Shown here in pieces: positions 20,174 to 30,757 of a stretch of 64,000 nt of DNA. Below the pieces are notes generated by a model that worked only from the letters and a program-made list of their open reading frames with translations, was not told the origin of the DNA and ran no database searches. The number at the start of each line of letters is the position of its first letter. Positions within the stretch are counted from its first letter, which is position 1. Position numbers and translations under genes: made by a program. This DNA comes from an uncultured Clostridia bacterium. Its GTDB lineage: Bacteria > Bacillota > Clostridia > TANB77 > CAG-508. The stretch lies in the NCBI GenBank assembly GCA_947385375.1, contig CANDKR010000007.1, forward strand, positions 6,505 to 70,504, in the 5' to 3' direction.

Positions 20174-20950
20174 TTACTCAAAATCATCTAGACTTGCAAA
20201 AGTATAGCCCATAGCTCTTGCTTCTTTAATGAAATCATCTAGTAGTACCATATTATCTTCAGAAGTAGAATGTACTAAAAGTATACAACCATTGTGAAGA
20301 TTGTCTAAAAGCTTTTTCTTTCCATAGTCACTACGTCCTTGGTTTGCTGTATTCCAGTCATCATAAGCATTTGACCAAAGAACACTAGTATATCCTAAAT
20401 TTTTAAGAAAAGCGATAGAGCTATCATTAAACTCACCCTTAGGTGGTCTAAAATATTTCATTTCGTAACCAGTTTTTTCTTGGACGGCAATATGCAAATC
20501 CATGACTTCTTTTTTTAGTTCTTCTTCTGAAAGCACAGTTATGTCTTTATGATTTACAGTGTGATTACCAACTGCATGCCCGTCTTTAACCATTTGCATA
20601 ACTAGTTCTTCAGCAGTGTTTAAGTAGTGAGCAGTAATGAAAAAGGTTGCTGGAACATTATTCTTTTTTAAAGTAGCTAAGATGTTTTCAGTATACCCAC
20701 CTTCATATCCAGCATCGAAAGTAAGATATATTTGTTTACTATCGCTATTTCCCATAGCAATACCACCATATTTTTCTAAAATTTTAAGTGGTTTGCCATC
20801 TAGACGAGGTTGAGCGTGATCATTGCCTCTGCAAAATCCCCAAGCACATTTTTCGTTGTCTGTACTTGCAAAAGTGGTTAAGGAGTATTGAAGCAATATT
20901 GCTAGGATTAAGACAAGGATGTACATTGTTTTTGTTAGTTTATTTCTCAT
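20174..20950 (-). CDS. pdaA: Polysaccharide deacetylase, PdaA-like (delta-lactam biosynthesis de-N-acetylase)
   Basis: NodB-domain motifs LTFDAGY, GHAVGNHTVNH and LLVHS. Signal/anchor at the N-terminus. Confidence 0.75.
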   Translation of the reverse strand: MRNKLTKTMYILVLILAILLQYSLTTFASTDNEKCAWGFCRGNDHAQPRLDGKPLKILEKYGGIAMGNSDSKQIYLTFDAGYEGGYTENILATLKKNNVPATFFITAHYLNTAEELVMQMVKDGHAVGNHTVNHKDITVLSEEELKKEVMDLHIAVQEKTGYEMKYFRPPKGEFNDSSIAFLKNLGYTSVLWSNAYDDWNTANQGRSDYGKKKLLDNLHNGCILLVHSTSEDNMVLLDDFIKEARAMGYTFASLDDFE

Positions 20951-21061
20951 AAAAAACCTCCATAAAATTATTAATACTAATATATTGAGTATTTTATAAA
21001 AATATGATAGAATAAAGCCGTAAAAATAAAAGAAAGAAAGTTTTTTAAGCTAGGTGTATTT

Positions 21062-21577
21062 ATGAAATTTTTAGATAAAATAATGAATGCTGAATTAGAA
21101 GAAAAATTTTTCAAGAAAACTATTTTTATAACTATTATGGTCATTTTCTTGATTTTGATTATAGTGTTTTTAAATATGGGAGTAATGAGAAGTTATAAAA
21201 TTCCAGCAAATGCAACAACTAAAAATGACAACAAAGAAAAAGTTGATTTTGCAATAGATAATATTGTAACAGGCAGAAAGTATATTGAGATAGAAGGTTG
21301 GGCATATAGAAGAGATAAGAATATTGGTTATTTTGAGAGTAATTTCATTATAAAAAATGAGAATAGCCAAAAATATTACCGTTTAAATACTGATATGGTT
21401 TATAGAGGAGAGTTTTTCGCAGTAGATGAAAAATATGATTGCAGGCGTGCTGGTATGTACGCTAAAGGTTTAGCAATCGGTTTACCAAAAGGTCTATATC
21501 AGATTTTTATAGAGTACAAAAGTGATGATGAAAATATAGTATTCGATACAGGAAAAGTGTTCAAGTATGGTGGATAG
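21062..21577 (+). CDS. Membrane-anchored hypothetical protein
   Basis: One TM helix followed by a soluble domain. No recognised family. Confidence 0.45.
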   Translation: MKFLDKIMNAELEEKFFKKTIFITIMVIFLILIIVFLNMGVMRSYKIPANATTKNDNKEKVDFAIDNIVTGRKYIEIEGWAYRRDKNIGYFESNFIIKNENSQKYYRLNTDMVYRGEFFAVDEKYDCRRAGMYAKGLAIGLPKGLYQIFIEYKSDDENIVFDTGKVFKYGG

Positions 21578-21588
21578 AGGTATAAAGT

Positions 21589-22974
21589 ATGAATAAATTA
21601 AAGGAAAAAATAAAAAGTTTATTTGATGGTGATTATAGAGGAATTGCGATATTATTTGTTTTGCAAATTATCCTTTTTATAACAATAAAACCTATAATGT
21701 ATGATGATGCGTCATATATCACAGCTGTAACAGGTGTACCGATTTCAGAGTTTGTTATGGAAAGATATCAGACTTGGACTTCAAGAGTTTTGATTGAAGC
21801 AACACTTGGATTTATTTTCCAATTTTCAAAATATATTTGGATTTTTGGAACTGTTTTACTTATGACTTTGATAGGTTATTCAATGTCAAGACTATTCATA
21901 AAAAAAGAGAACAAAAAAGAGTTAACAATGATGGTACTTTGGCTAGTACTTTTATATCCATTAGAGAGAATGTCTAGCGCAGGCTGGGCAGCAACTACGG
22001 TAAATTATATTTGGACTTTAGCCTTAGGATTATTTTCATTTATATCTATTAGAAAAGCTTATGATGGCGAGAAAATCAATATATTTTCAGGAATATTATA
22101 TGCACTAGCTTGTATTTATGCTTGTAATCAGGAGCAAGTTTGTGTAGTATTGTTCGTAACATATCTATTATCTACAATTTTACTTACTATAAGAGATAAG
22201 AAAAAGGTTAGTCCTTATCTTTATATACAAACAGTACTTAGTTTACTTAGTTTAATATTTATATTAACAACACCAGGTAACAGCGTTAGAAAAATTGATG
22301 AAATCGTAACCTATTTCCCAGATTTTACAAATATGACTTTTATTGAAAAAGCAGTAATTGGAGTTACAACTACAATGGGTGAAATGCTTGTAAACTCTTC
22401 AATAACTTTTGCAATATTTACATTCATAATGATGATGTATATTTGGGATAATTATAAAGATAGGCTAGTTAGGGGAATATCAGCAGTACCATTTGTTACT
22501 ACTATGGTACTTAGTTTTGCAAGTCCTATAACAGAAAAGCTTTCAGTATCAGTAGGGTGGATTATAAAACATTTTACTGAAACTGAAGAATTAGTATTAA
22601 GACCTGCTTCTTATTCATATTTAGGAAGCTATGTAACATTAATAATTTCACTTGCAGTTATAGCTTGTATATTCGTATGTTTATTGCTGATATTTAAAAA
22701 GTTAAAACATAATATAGCTTTTTATGTATTTGGTTGTGGTCTTGTTACAAGAATTTTAATGGGATTTTCACCAACAGTTTTTGTATCAAGAAACAGAACT
22801 TGTATATTTTTAGAGTTTGCTTGCCTTATTTGCGCACTTCTTATTTGGCAAGAATTTATTAAAAAGACAGAAAAAAAGACAAAAACTAAAGTGTATAATG
22901 TTGTTGCAATTTCAGCTATTGTGCAATATGTAGTAACATTATCTTTTATACTTATTTCGCATATAAATCTTTAA
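21589..22974 (+). CDS. Polytopic membrane protein, possible GT-C-type glycosyltransferase
   Basis: More than 10 predicted TM helices. Located near the GtrB-like GT2 gene. Function inferred from context only. Confidence 0.45.
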   Translation: MNKLKEKIKSLFDGDYRGIAILFVLQIILFITIKPIMYDDASYITAVTGVPISEFVMERYQTWTSRVLIEATLGFIFQFSKYIWIFGTVLLMTLIGYSMSRLFIKKENKKELTMMVLWLVLLYPLERMSSAGWAATTVNYIWTLALGLFSFISIRKAYDGEKINIFSGILYALACIYACNQEQVCVVLFVTYLLSTILLTIRDKKKVSPYLYIQTVLSLLSLIFILTTPGNSVRKIDEIVTYFPDFTNMTFIEKAVIGVTTTMGEMLVNSSITFAIFTFIMMMYIWDNYKDRLVRGISAVPFVTTMVLSFASPITEKLSVSVGWIIKHFTETEELVLRPASYSYLGSYVTLIISLAVIACIFVCLLLIFKKLKHNIAFYVFGCGLVTRILMGFSPTVFVSRNRTCIFLEFACLICALLIWQEFIKKTEKKTKTKVYNVVAISAIVQYVVTLSFILISHINL

Positions 22975-22995
22975 TTTAAAGAAGGAGGACAGAAG

Positions 22996-25596
22996 ATGAA
23001 TATTCAGAAATTTACTGAAAAATCAAAGGATGTAATAGCAAATGCTAGTAATATAACAACAGCAAATCAAAATGCTGAGATAACAGATTTTCATTTGTTT
23101 TTATCAATGATAGATAATCAAGAAAATCTAATATATCAATTATTATCAACACACATGGGTGTTAATATCGATAATATGAAGATATTAGTACAAGAACAAA
23201 TAAATAAAGAACCAAAAGTTACAGGAACAGTTGCAATGCGTTTTTCAACACTTACTGATGAGATTTTAAATAATGCAGAAAAACAAGCAGAAGCTATGAA
23301 AGATGAATTTGTTTCAGTAGAACATATAATGCTTGCAATTATTGACAAAGCTAGTCCAAACTTAGCTAAGATTTTCAAAATTTTTAGGATTACAAAGAAT
23401 GCCTTTTTAGTTGCACTAAAAGCTGTTAGAGGTAATGTAAAGGTTAGTTCAGATAATCCAGAGGACACTTATGATGTTCTTAAAAAATATGGTAAAGACG
23501 TTACAGCTTTAGCACGTCAAAATAAATTAGACCCAGTAATTGGCAGAGATGACGAGATTAGAAATGTTATGAGAATTCTTACTCGTAAAACAAAAAATAA
23601 TCCTTGCCTTATTGGTGAGCCGGGTGTTGGAAAAACTGCTATTGTTGAAGGTTTAGCGCAAAGAATTATAAGAGGAGATGTTCCAACAAGTTTAAAAGGA
23701 AAAACTATTTATTCTTTAGACTTAGGACTTCTTATTGCTGGTGCTAAATATAGAGGAGAGTTTGAAGAAAGACTAAAAAGTATCTTAGACGAGTTAGAGA
23801 GTGCAAATGGAAATATCCTATTATTCATAGACGAAATTCATCAATTAGTTGGAGCAGGAAAAACAGATGGTGCAATGGATGCAAGTAACTTGCTTAAACC
23901 AAAGCTTGCAAGAGGAGAACTTCACTGTATGGGTGCAACAACACTTGATGAATATAGAGAATATATTGAGAAAGATCCAGCTTTAGCAAGACGTTTCCAA
24001 TCAGTTTTAGTAGAAGAACCAACTGTTGATGATGCAATTACAATACTTCGTGGTATTCAAGAAAAATTTGAAATTTTCCATGGTGTTAAAATTCAAGACC
24101 AAGCACTTATTCAAGCAGCAACTTTAGCAGATAGATATATTACTGATAGATATTTACCAGATAAGGCAATTGACTTAATAGACGAAGCTTGTGCTATGAT
24201 TAGAACAGAGATGGAATCTATGCCAACAGAAGTAGATGAGATTTCTAGAAGAATTATGCAACACGAGATAGAAGAGGCTGCTTTGTCAAGAGAAGAAGAT
24301 GAAAAGAGTAAAGAAAAGCTTGGTAAGGTACAAGCAGAACTTGCTACTTTAAGACAATCATTTAAAGAAATGAAAGAAAAATGGGAGCAAGAGAAAAAAG
24401 CTATTTTAAAAGTACAGAAATTAAAAACTAAGATAGATGAAGTAAATGCTCAAATTGCTCAAGCAGAAAGAGTTTATGACTTAAATAAAGCTGCTGAACT
24501 TAAATATTCAACACTTCCACAATTACAACAAGTTTTAGCACAAGAAGAAAAAGAAGTAGAGAAGAGCCAAGGTAAGAAACGTTTACTAAGAAATAAAGTT
24601 ACAGCAGACGAGATTTCACAAGTTGTTGCGAAATGGACAGGAATACCAGTTACAAAACTTGTAGAAGGTGAGAGAAAGAAATTACTAGAGTTAGAGGAGA
24701 CACTTCATAAAAACGTTGTTGGACAAGACGAGGCTGTAAAGAAAGTTAGTGAAGCAATTCTTCGTTCAAGAGCAGGTATTGCAAATCCAAATAGACCAAT
24801 AGGCTCATTCTTATTCTTAGGACCTACTGGTGTTGGTAAAACAGAGCTTGCAAAAACGCTTGCTAAGAATTTGTTTGATGATGAGAAAAATATGATAAGA
24901 TTTGATATGTCTGAATATATGGAAAAATTCAGTGTAACAAGACTTATAGGTGCACCTCCAGGATATGTAGGATATGAAGAAGGTGGACAGCTTACAGAAG
25001 CAGTTAGAAGAAAACCTTATTCAGTTATATTATTTGATGAGGTTGAAAAAGCTCATCCAGATGTATTTAATATTTTCTTACAGATATTAGATGATGGTAG
25101 AGTTACAGACAGTCAAGGAAGAACAGTAGATTTTAAAAATAGTATTATAATTTTAACTTCAAACTTGGGAGCACATGTAATCTTAGAAAGTATTCAAAAA
25201 CATAAGAAGATTACAGATGAAGCAAAAGAAGAAATAGATTCTGCTTTAAAAGGACATTTTAGACCAGAATTCTTAAATAGATTAGATGAAATTGTTTATT
25301 TCCAAGCTTTAGGAAAAGAGCAAGTTTACGGAATTGTTGAGCTTATGCTTTCAGACTTACGTAATAGACTTACACTTCAAGGCTTTGACTTAAGTGTAAC
25401 CTCTGAAGCAATTAACTATATAATTGATATTGGTTATGATATCGAGTTTGGTGCAAGACCTCTTAAGAGAACAATTCAAGCAGAAATTGAAACTTTAATT
25501 AGTAAGAAGATTATAGCAAATGAAGTAAAACCAGGCTCAACAATACAAGTTTACTATGACGAAGAAGCTAAAGAACTAGCAATGAAGGAGTTATAA
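22996..25596 (+). CDS. clpB: Chaperone disaggregase ClpB
   Basis: Two AAA+ modules (GEPGVGKTA, GPTGVGKTE) separated by a long coiled-coil M-domain; 866 aa. Confidence 0.95.
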   Translation: MNIQKFTEKSKDVIANASNITTANQNAEITDFHLFLSMIDNQENLIYQLLSTHMGVNIDNMKILVQEQINKEPKVTGTVAMRFSTLTDEILNNAEKQAEAMKDEFVSVEHIMLAIIDKASPNLAKIFKIFRITKNAFLVALKAVRGNVKVSSDNPEDTYDVLKKYGKDVTALARQNKLDPVIGRDDEIRNVMRILTRKTKNNPCLIGEPGVGKTAIVEGLAQRIIRGDVPTSLKGKTIYSLDLGLLIAGAKYRGEFEERLKSILDELESANGNILLFIDEIHQLVGAGKTDGAMDASNLLKPKLARGELHCMGATTLDEYREYIEKDPALARRFQSVLVEEPTVDDAITILRGIQEKFEIFHGVKIQDQALIQAATLADRYITDRYLPDKAIDLIDEACAMIRTEMESMPTEVDEISRRIMQHEIEEAALSREEDEKSKEKLGKVQAELATLRQSFKEMKEKWEQEKKAILKVQKLKTKIDEVNAQIAQAERVYDLNKAAELKYSTLPQLQQVLAQEEKEVEKSQGKKRLLRNKVTADEISQVVAKWTGIPVTKLVEGERKKLLELEETLHKNVVGQDEAVKKVSEAILRSRAGIANPNRPIGSFLFLGPTGVGKTELAKTLAKNLFDDEKNMIRFDMSEYMEKFSVTRLIGAPPGYVGYEEGGQLTEAVRRKPYSVILFDEVEKAHPDVFNIFLQILDDGRVTDSQGRTVDFKNSIIILTSNLGAHVILESIQKHKKITDEAKEEIDSALKGHFRPEFLNRLDEIVYFQALGKEQVYGIVELMLSDLRNRLTLQGFDLSVTSEAINYIIDIGYDIEFGARPLKRTIQAEIETLISKKIIANEVKPGSTIQVYYDEEAKELAMKEL

Positions 25597-26646
25597 TGAA
25601 AGTAGTATTAGGAATGAGTGGGGGCGTTGATAGCAGCGTTTCTGCTCTTCTTCTTAAAAATCAAGGATATGAAGTAATTGGTGTGACTATGGAGCTATAT
25701 GTAGGAAGTAGTTGCTGTAATAAAGATACATATTTAGATGCAAAAAACGTTTGCAATTCTTTAGGAATAATGCATTTGATTTTTAATTATAAGGACGAAT
25801 TCCAAAAATATGTTATTGATGATTTTATATGCAATTATAAAACTTGTAAAACACCAAATCCTTGCATAGAATGCAATAAACATCTAAAGTTTGGATTGAT
25901 GTTTGAAAAAGCTAAGGAATTTGGAGCTGAATATATTGCGACAGGTCATTATGCCAAAACTGAATATAGTGAGAAATATGGAAGAAAGGTTATAATGAAA
26001 TCAGCATCTAGTAGTAAAGATCAAAGCTATGTATTATGGAGTGTTCCGAAAGATGTTGTGGAACATTTACTTTTCCCACTTTCAGATTTTGATAATAAAG
26101 AACAAATCAGACAAATCGCAAGAGAAAATAATTTAAAGGTTGCAAATAAGCCAGACAGTGAAGATATCTGCTTTATACCAGACGGAGATTATAAAAAATT
26201 CTTAGAAGAAAAAGCAAACTTTTCCACAAAAGCAGGAAACATTGTGGATAAAGCAGGCAATATTTTAGGAAAACATCAAGGTTTATATAGATATACTATT
26301 GGTCAACGCAAAGGACTTGGTATTGCTCACCCTACGCCACTTTTCGTGTTAGGCTTTAATCCTGAAAAAAATGAAGTTATCGTAGGAGAGCATAGTGACT
26401 TGTTCCAAAAAGAATTACAAATAGAAGATGTAAATTTACTTGCCATTGATGAAATTAAAGATGGTATGGAATTTGAAACTAAAATCAGATATGCGGCAAA
26501 ACCAGTAAAAAGTAAATTATATAATTTAGAAGCTGGCAAAGTTAAAATCGTTTTTGAAGAAGAGGTAAGAGGCATAACACCTCGGACAGTCAGCTGTTTT
26601 TTATGATGGAGATGTACTTATTGGAGGAGGAAAAATATGCCAATAG
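25596..26646 (+). CDS. mnmA: tRNA 2-thiouridine(34) synthase MnmA; C-terminus requires a +1 shift at CGG 26583
   Basis: PP-loop MSGGVDSSV. After skipping C26583 the frame reads ITPGQSAVFYDGDVLIGGGKI, the canonical MnmA C-terminus. Frame 0 stops at 26606. Confidence 0.9.
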
Positions 26647-27164
26647 CAAAGGAAGTGTTAGAAGCACAAGCAAGAACTAATGATTTGGAGTTTTTTAAAG
26701 AGAGAGTAAAAACAATGCCACTTCTAATTGAGTGGGCAAATGATGAAATACGAAATAATAAAGAGGTATTACTTACTGCTGTAAAAATTGATGGTGGAGC
26801 GTTAGAGTTTGCAAGTGATAATCTAAAAAACGATAAAGATGTTTTACTTGAAGCTGTAAGTCAGGCAGCTTGGACTGGTTGTTATGCAAGTGAGCGTTTA
26901 AGAGATGATAAAGATGTTATATTAACAGGGGCAAAGACTGATGGGCAGATTTTATACTATGCAAGTGAACGCTTAAGAGATGATGAAGACATAGTAAAAA
27001 CCGCAGTTGAAAACAAACCAATCATTTTGAAATATGCAAGTTATCGTTTAAGAGGTAATAAAGAAATTGCTAAAATTGCTGTTTCAAAAGCTGGAAAAGC
27101 AGTACTTAGTTATTTAACACCAGAGCTTCAAAAAGATGAAGAAATATTAGATTTAATAGGTTAG
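26637..27164 (+). CDS. DUF4116 repeat protein
   Basis: Repeats of DGxALEFASxxLKNDKDVLLEAV type. Confidence 0.6.
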   Translation: MPIAKEVLEAQARTNDLEFFKERVKTMPLLIEWANDEIRNNKEVLLTAVKIDGGALEFASDNLKNDKDVLLEAVSQAAWTGCYASERLRDDKDVILTGAKTDGQILYYASERLRDDEDIVKTAVENKPIILKYASYRLRGNKEIAKIAVSKAGKAVLSYLTPELQKDEEILDLIG

Positions 27165-27215
27165 AATAAAACACCCTTATTTAGAATATATATTCTAAAA
27201 GAAAGGGTGTTTTTT

Positions 27216-27476
27216 ATGAGAAAAATAAATGATATTTTAGATATTCCACAAGATGTGTGGGGTAAAACTCCTAAGATTACAGTAACTGGTTTTGAAGAAG
27301 TTTTGATAGAGAATTTTAAAGGTATCCTAGAATATGAAGATTTTTTTGCTAGAATAAATACGCATATAGGTGTAGTAAATATAAATGGTTTTAATCTAAA
27401 GTTAAATCAGATGACAGAAGACGATATTTTGGTCACAGGAAAGATAAACAGTATTGATTTTGAAAGTAAAAGATAG
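27216..27476 (+). CDS. yqfC: Sporulation protein YqfC
   Basis: About 86 aa with a pattern typical of YqfC (ITVTGFEEVLIENFKGILEYED). Immediately upstream of yqfD. Confidence 0.75.
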   Translation: MRKINDILDIPQDVWGKTPKITVTGFEEVLIENFKGILEYEDFFARINTHIGVVNINGFNLKLNQMTEDDILVTGKINSIDFESKR

Positions 27477-27488
27477 GAGGCTTTAAAG

Positions 27489-28674
27489 TTGGACTTTAGA
27501 AACTTATATATGTATTTTACAGGCTTTGTAACGATTTCAGTTGAAGGCTTTTTTACAGAAAGATTTATAAATAGTTGTTTTTCGAATGCTATTTTTTTAT
27601 GGGATTTGAAAAGAGAAAAAAGTACATATTTAAGAGTGAAAATAAGCACAAGTGATTTTAAGAAAATCAAGAAAATTGCGAGAAATACTAAATGTAAAGT
27701 AAAGATAGAAAAGAAAAAAGGACTTCCAATCTTAGTTAATAAATATAGAAAAAGAAAGATGTTCGCAGTAGCAATAGTAATAGTTGCAATTCTTATGGTT
27801 ATTATTACTAGGTTCGTTTGGAATATAGAAATTACAGGTGATAATAATATAAATCCAGAGGAGATAAGAACATTACTTTCAGAAAATGGAATAAGTGTAG
27901 GAAAATTAAAAAATAGTTTTAATTTAGAAAAAACTATAAATAAAATCCGTATGGAAAGAGAAGATATTTCGTGGATAGGTATTGATATAAAAGGAACTAA
28001 TTTGATTGTAAAAATAAATGAGGCAGATGAGTCACCAGAAATTATTGATGTAAATGAGGTATGTAATATTGTCGCAGATAAATCAGGAGAAATTGCAAAG
28101 ATATTAGTAAAACAAGGAACTGCTAGAGTAGCGGTAGGAGACGAAGTTAAAGCTCGGAGATTTATTAGTAGAAGGAGTGATGGAAGGTAAATATACAGGA
28201 GAAAGAAATGTGCATGCAATGGCAGATATCGAGATAAAGAAAACCATAGAAAAAGCAGAAAAACAGAAATTAGTGCAAAATATTGAAACAAAAACTGGAA
28301 ATGAGGAGAAAGGACTCGAAATAAAATTGCATAAAATTAAAATAAATTTTCATAAAAGGCTTTCAAAATTTCAAAAATATGATACAATAATTACAACTAA
28401 GAAAATTAAGTTTTTTTCTAATTTTTATTTGCCGATAGAAATATCTAAAATAACAAATTTGGAAACAAAACAAGAACGTAAAGAGTTTACAGTACCAGAA
28501 CTTACAGAAAAAATCAAAACTGATTTGGAAAACAAATTAAATGAAGAATTGGGGATAGAAAATTCTGAGGATATAGAGAAAAATGTAGAGGTTGAAACTT
28601 TAGAAGATGAGGTTTTAGTTAAGCTAGTTTATACTTTATATGAGAAGATTGGTACGAAAGAAATATTGAGATAG
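27489..28674 (+). CDS. yqfD: Sporulation protein YqfD; requires a +1 shift at CGG 28155
   Basis: TTG start after the RBS AGGAGG. One central TM helix. Skipping C28155 joins ORFs 27489-28190 and 28177-28674 as ...VGDEVKAGDLLVEGVMEGKYTGERNVHA... Confidence 0.8.
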
Positions 28675-28689
28675 TGGAGGGTGCCTATT

Positions 28690-29868
28690 ATGGAAGAAAG
28701 AAGTTTAAGAGTATTACCAGCAGAGACAACGTTTTTTAATAAATTATCGAGTACTTTAACCAAATTACTTATACCAACAAAAATTGGCTTAAATGGTGTA
28801 ATGATAAATATTAAAAGAAACAGCACACTTAAAAACTATGAAAACTATAAAACAGCAGAAAAAAGTGGAGACGTAGACAAAAAAGAAAGTTTTGCAAAAA
28901 GATATGAGGAAAGCTATACTTTGTATTTAGAGTCTATTGATAAATTTATAATGGATTCTATTTACAAAAAAGTTAAAAGCGGAGCAGCGACAGCTTTTGA
29001 GCAAAATGCGTTATCAACATATTACACCATTGTTAGATTAAAAGATAGTGAGTATTTAGAATATAAGTATAGGAAGCAAAAATTCTTACTAGAGCTTGAT
29101 TACGAAAGTGTTCAAAGCTCTGGTAAAGAGAAAAACCTTGAGAGATATCAAGGTATGTACATAGAAAAAATTGATGGTTTATACAAAGGTATTTTGAAAA
29201 ATTATTCAGTAAAACTTGCTGATGGTCAAAGAGAGAAAAGATGTGAGAATGTTGAAATTTATAAAAACATCTTCTCAACTTTAGAAGAATACATTAGAAA
29301 TGTTTTACCAATCAAGATTAAAATTGATGAAAATAATACTTATGAAAAAATTATTAAAGAATATGAGGACTTTGATAGATTTACAATTGGTAAATTAGAT
29401 GAAAAAGAATTCCTAGAGAAAAATATGATTTTACTAGGATTAAGTCGTTCATTATTTACACACAGCTTGCCACTTGTTGCAGCTGAACAATGCTATCAAA
29501 AATTACTTAAAGATACAAGAAACTTAATTATCAATGTAAAAACTGATAGAAAAAGAGAAGAGGCTTATCAAATGCTTTTAAAATTAGTTGAAGATTACAA
29601 TGTAAAATTGCTTTCAACTAAAGTATATTGGGACAAGCCAGAAGAAAGAGAAGCTTATAAAAACTTCTGGAATGCGTATAGCAAATCAAATTCAGAAAGA
29701 GAGAAAGAAATCTTATCATTAAAAAGAGAACTTTACGAACTAAGTGGTGGCGAAGCAAAATGGGACAAGATATGTAAATTCTACAAAGGAAAATTAGTAG
29801 AATATGGAGTTATGAGAGCTTTGCCAAATGCTTGTAAAACTTGGAACGGAGTTCACAGAAAGATTTAG
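28690..29868 (+). CDS. Hypothetical protein at the position usually held by phoH
   Basis: Long ORF with a GGAGG RBS and no P-loop. Lies between yqfD and ybeY. Confidence 0.5.
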   Translation: MEERSLRVLPAETTFFNKLSSTLTKLLIPTKIGLNGVMINIKRNSTLKNYENYKTAEKSGDVDKKESFAKRYEESYTLYLESIDKFIMDSIYKKVKSGAATAFEQNALSTYYTIVRLKDSEYLEYKYRKQKFLLELDYESVQSSGKEKNLERYQGMYIEKIDGLYKGILKNYSVKLADGQREKRCENVEIYKNIFSTLEEYIRNVLPIKIKIDENNTYEKIIKEYEDFDRFTIGKLDEKEFLEKNMILLGLSRSLFTHSLPLVAAEQCYQKLLKDTRNLIINVKTDRKREEAYQMLLKLVEDYNVKLLSTKVYWDKPEEREAYKNFWNAYSKSNSEREKEILSLKRELYELSGGEAKWDKICKFYKGKLVEYGVMRALPNACKTWNGVHRKI

Positions 29869-29879
29869 AAGGAGCATAG

Positions 29880-30359
29880 ATGGAAAAATATACTGAAGTT
29901 CATTTTCTAGATATAATAGAAAATGGAGAGTATGCAGAATTTATAGAAAAAATAGTAAAAAAATGTTTTGAGGTGGAACACCTAGAAAATGCTAATTTAT
30001 ATGTCGGAATTAGTCTAACAGATCCTGCAAATATAAAAAGATTAAATGGAGAATATAGACATATAGAGAGTGAGACTGATGTACTATCATTTCCAATGTT
30101 TGAAAAAGAGGAAATTGAGGAAATGAGAACTCATAAAAATGAATATGAAGAAGCTCTTGGAGATATAGTTATTTCAGTTCAAAGAGTTACAGAACAATCA
30201 ATAGAATACGGTCATAGTTTTGAAAGAGAACTTGCATATATGGTAGTTCATGGTTTTTATCATCTTATGGGTGAAGATCATATGGAAGAGGACGAAAAAG
30301 CTAGAATGAGAGCTAAAGAAGAAAATGTCCTTAAACAGTTAGACATTAAGAGGGAATAG
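29880..30359 (+). CDS. ybeY: rRNA maturation endoribonuclease YbeY
   Basis: Zinc motif HGFYHLMGEDH; about 160 aa. Confidence 0.9.
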   Translation: MEKYTEVHFLDIIENGEYAEFIEKIVKKCFEVEHLENANLYVGISLTDPANIKRLNGEYRHIESETDVLSFPMFEKEEIEEMRTHKNEYEEALGDIVISVQRVTEQSIEYGHSFERELAYMVVHGFYHLMGEDHMEEDEKARMRAKEENVLKQLDIKRE

Positions 30360-30362
30360 AAT

Positions 30363-30743
30363 ATGGAAAAACGAAAATGGCAAACAGAAAATTTTTGGAA
30401 ATCTTTTAAATGTGCTATAACTGGAATGGTTTATAGTGTAAAAACTGGAAGAAATCTGATTATTCAGTTATGCTTTGCTTTGTTTGCGATTATTTTGGGA
30501 ATTTTTTTGAAAATATCCAAAATAGAATGGGCAATAATAATATTTGCGATATTATTCGTGATTTTTGCTGAAATGTTAAATACTGCTGTCGAAACAGTTG
30601 TCGATTTGGTTACAGAAGAGTATAATGAAAAAGCAAAAATTGCCAAGGACGTTGCTGCTGGTGCAGTGTTAATCTCTGCAATAAATAGTGTTGCTATGGG
30701 ATTAATAATATTTATGGATAAAATATTAGAAATGATATTTTAA
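30363..30743 (+). CDS. dgkA: Diacylglycerol/undecaprenol kinase (DgkA family)
   Basis: 126 aa with 3 TM helices and the motif AEMLNTAVETVVD. Confidence 0.85.
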   Translation: MEKRKWQTENFWKSFKCAITGMVYSVKTGRNLIIQLCFALFAIILGIFLKISKIEWAIIIFAILFVIFAEMLNTAVETVVDLVTEEYNEKAKIAKDVAAGAVLISAINSVAMGLIIFMDKILEMIF

Positions 30744-30757
30744 AAAAGGAGAGTTAT

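Noticed and set aside
27407-28291. 294-aa minus-strand ORF antisense to yqfC/yqfD, and similar antisense ORFs (5285-5794, 1785-2147, 7308-7643, 8551-8937, 41873-42355, 51540-51974, 56702-57088, 62318-62887)
   Set aside because: Their translations are low-complexity and Leu/Ile/Phe/Ser-rich. They lack RBSs and lie opposite well-supported conserved genes. These are shadow ORFs typical of AT-rich or compositionally biased DNA.
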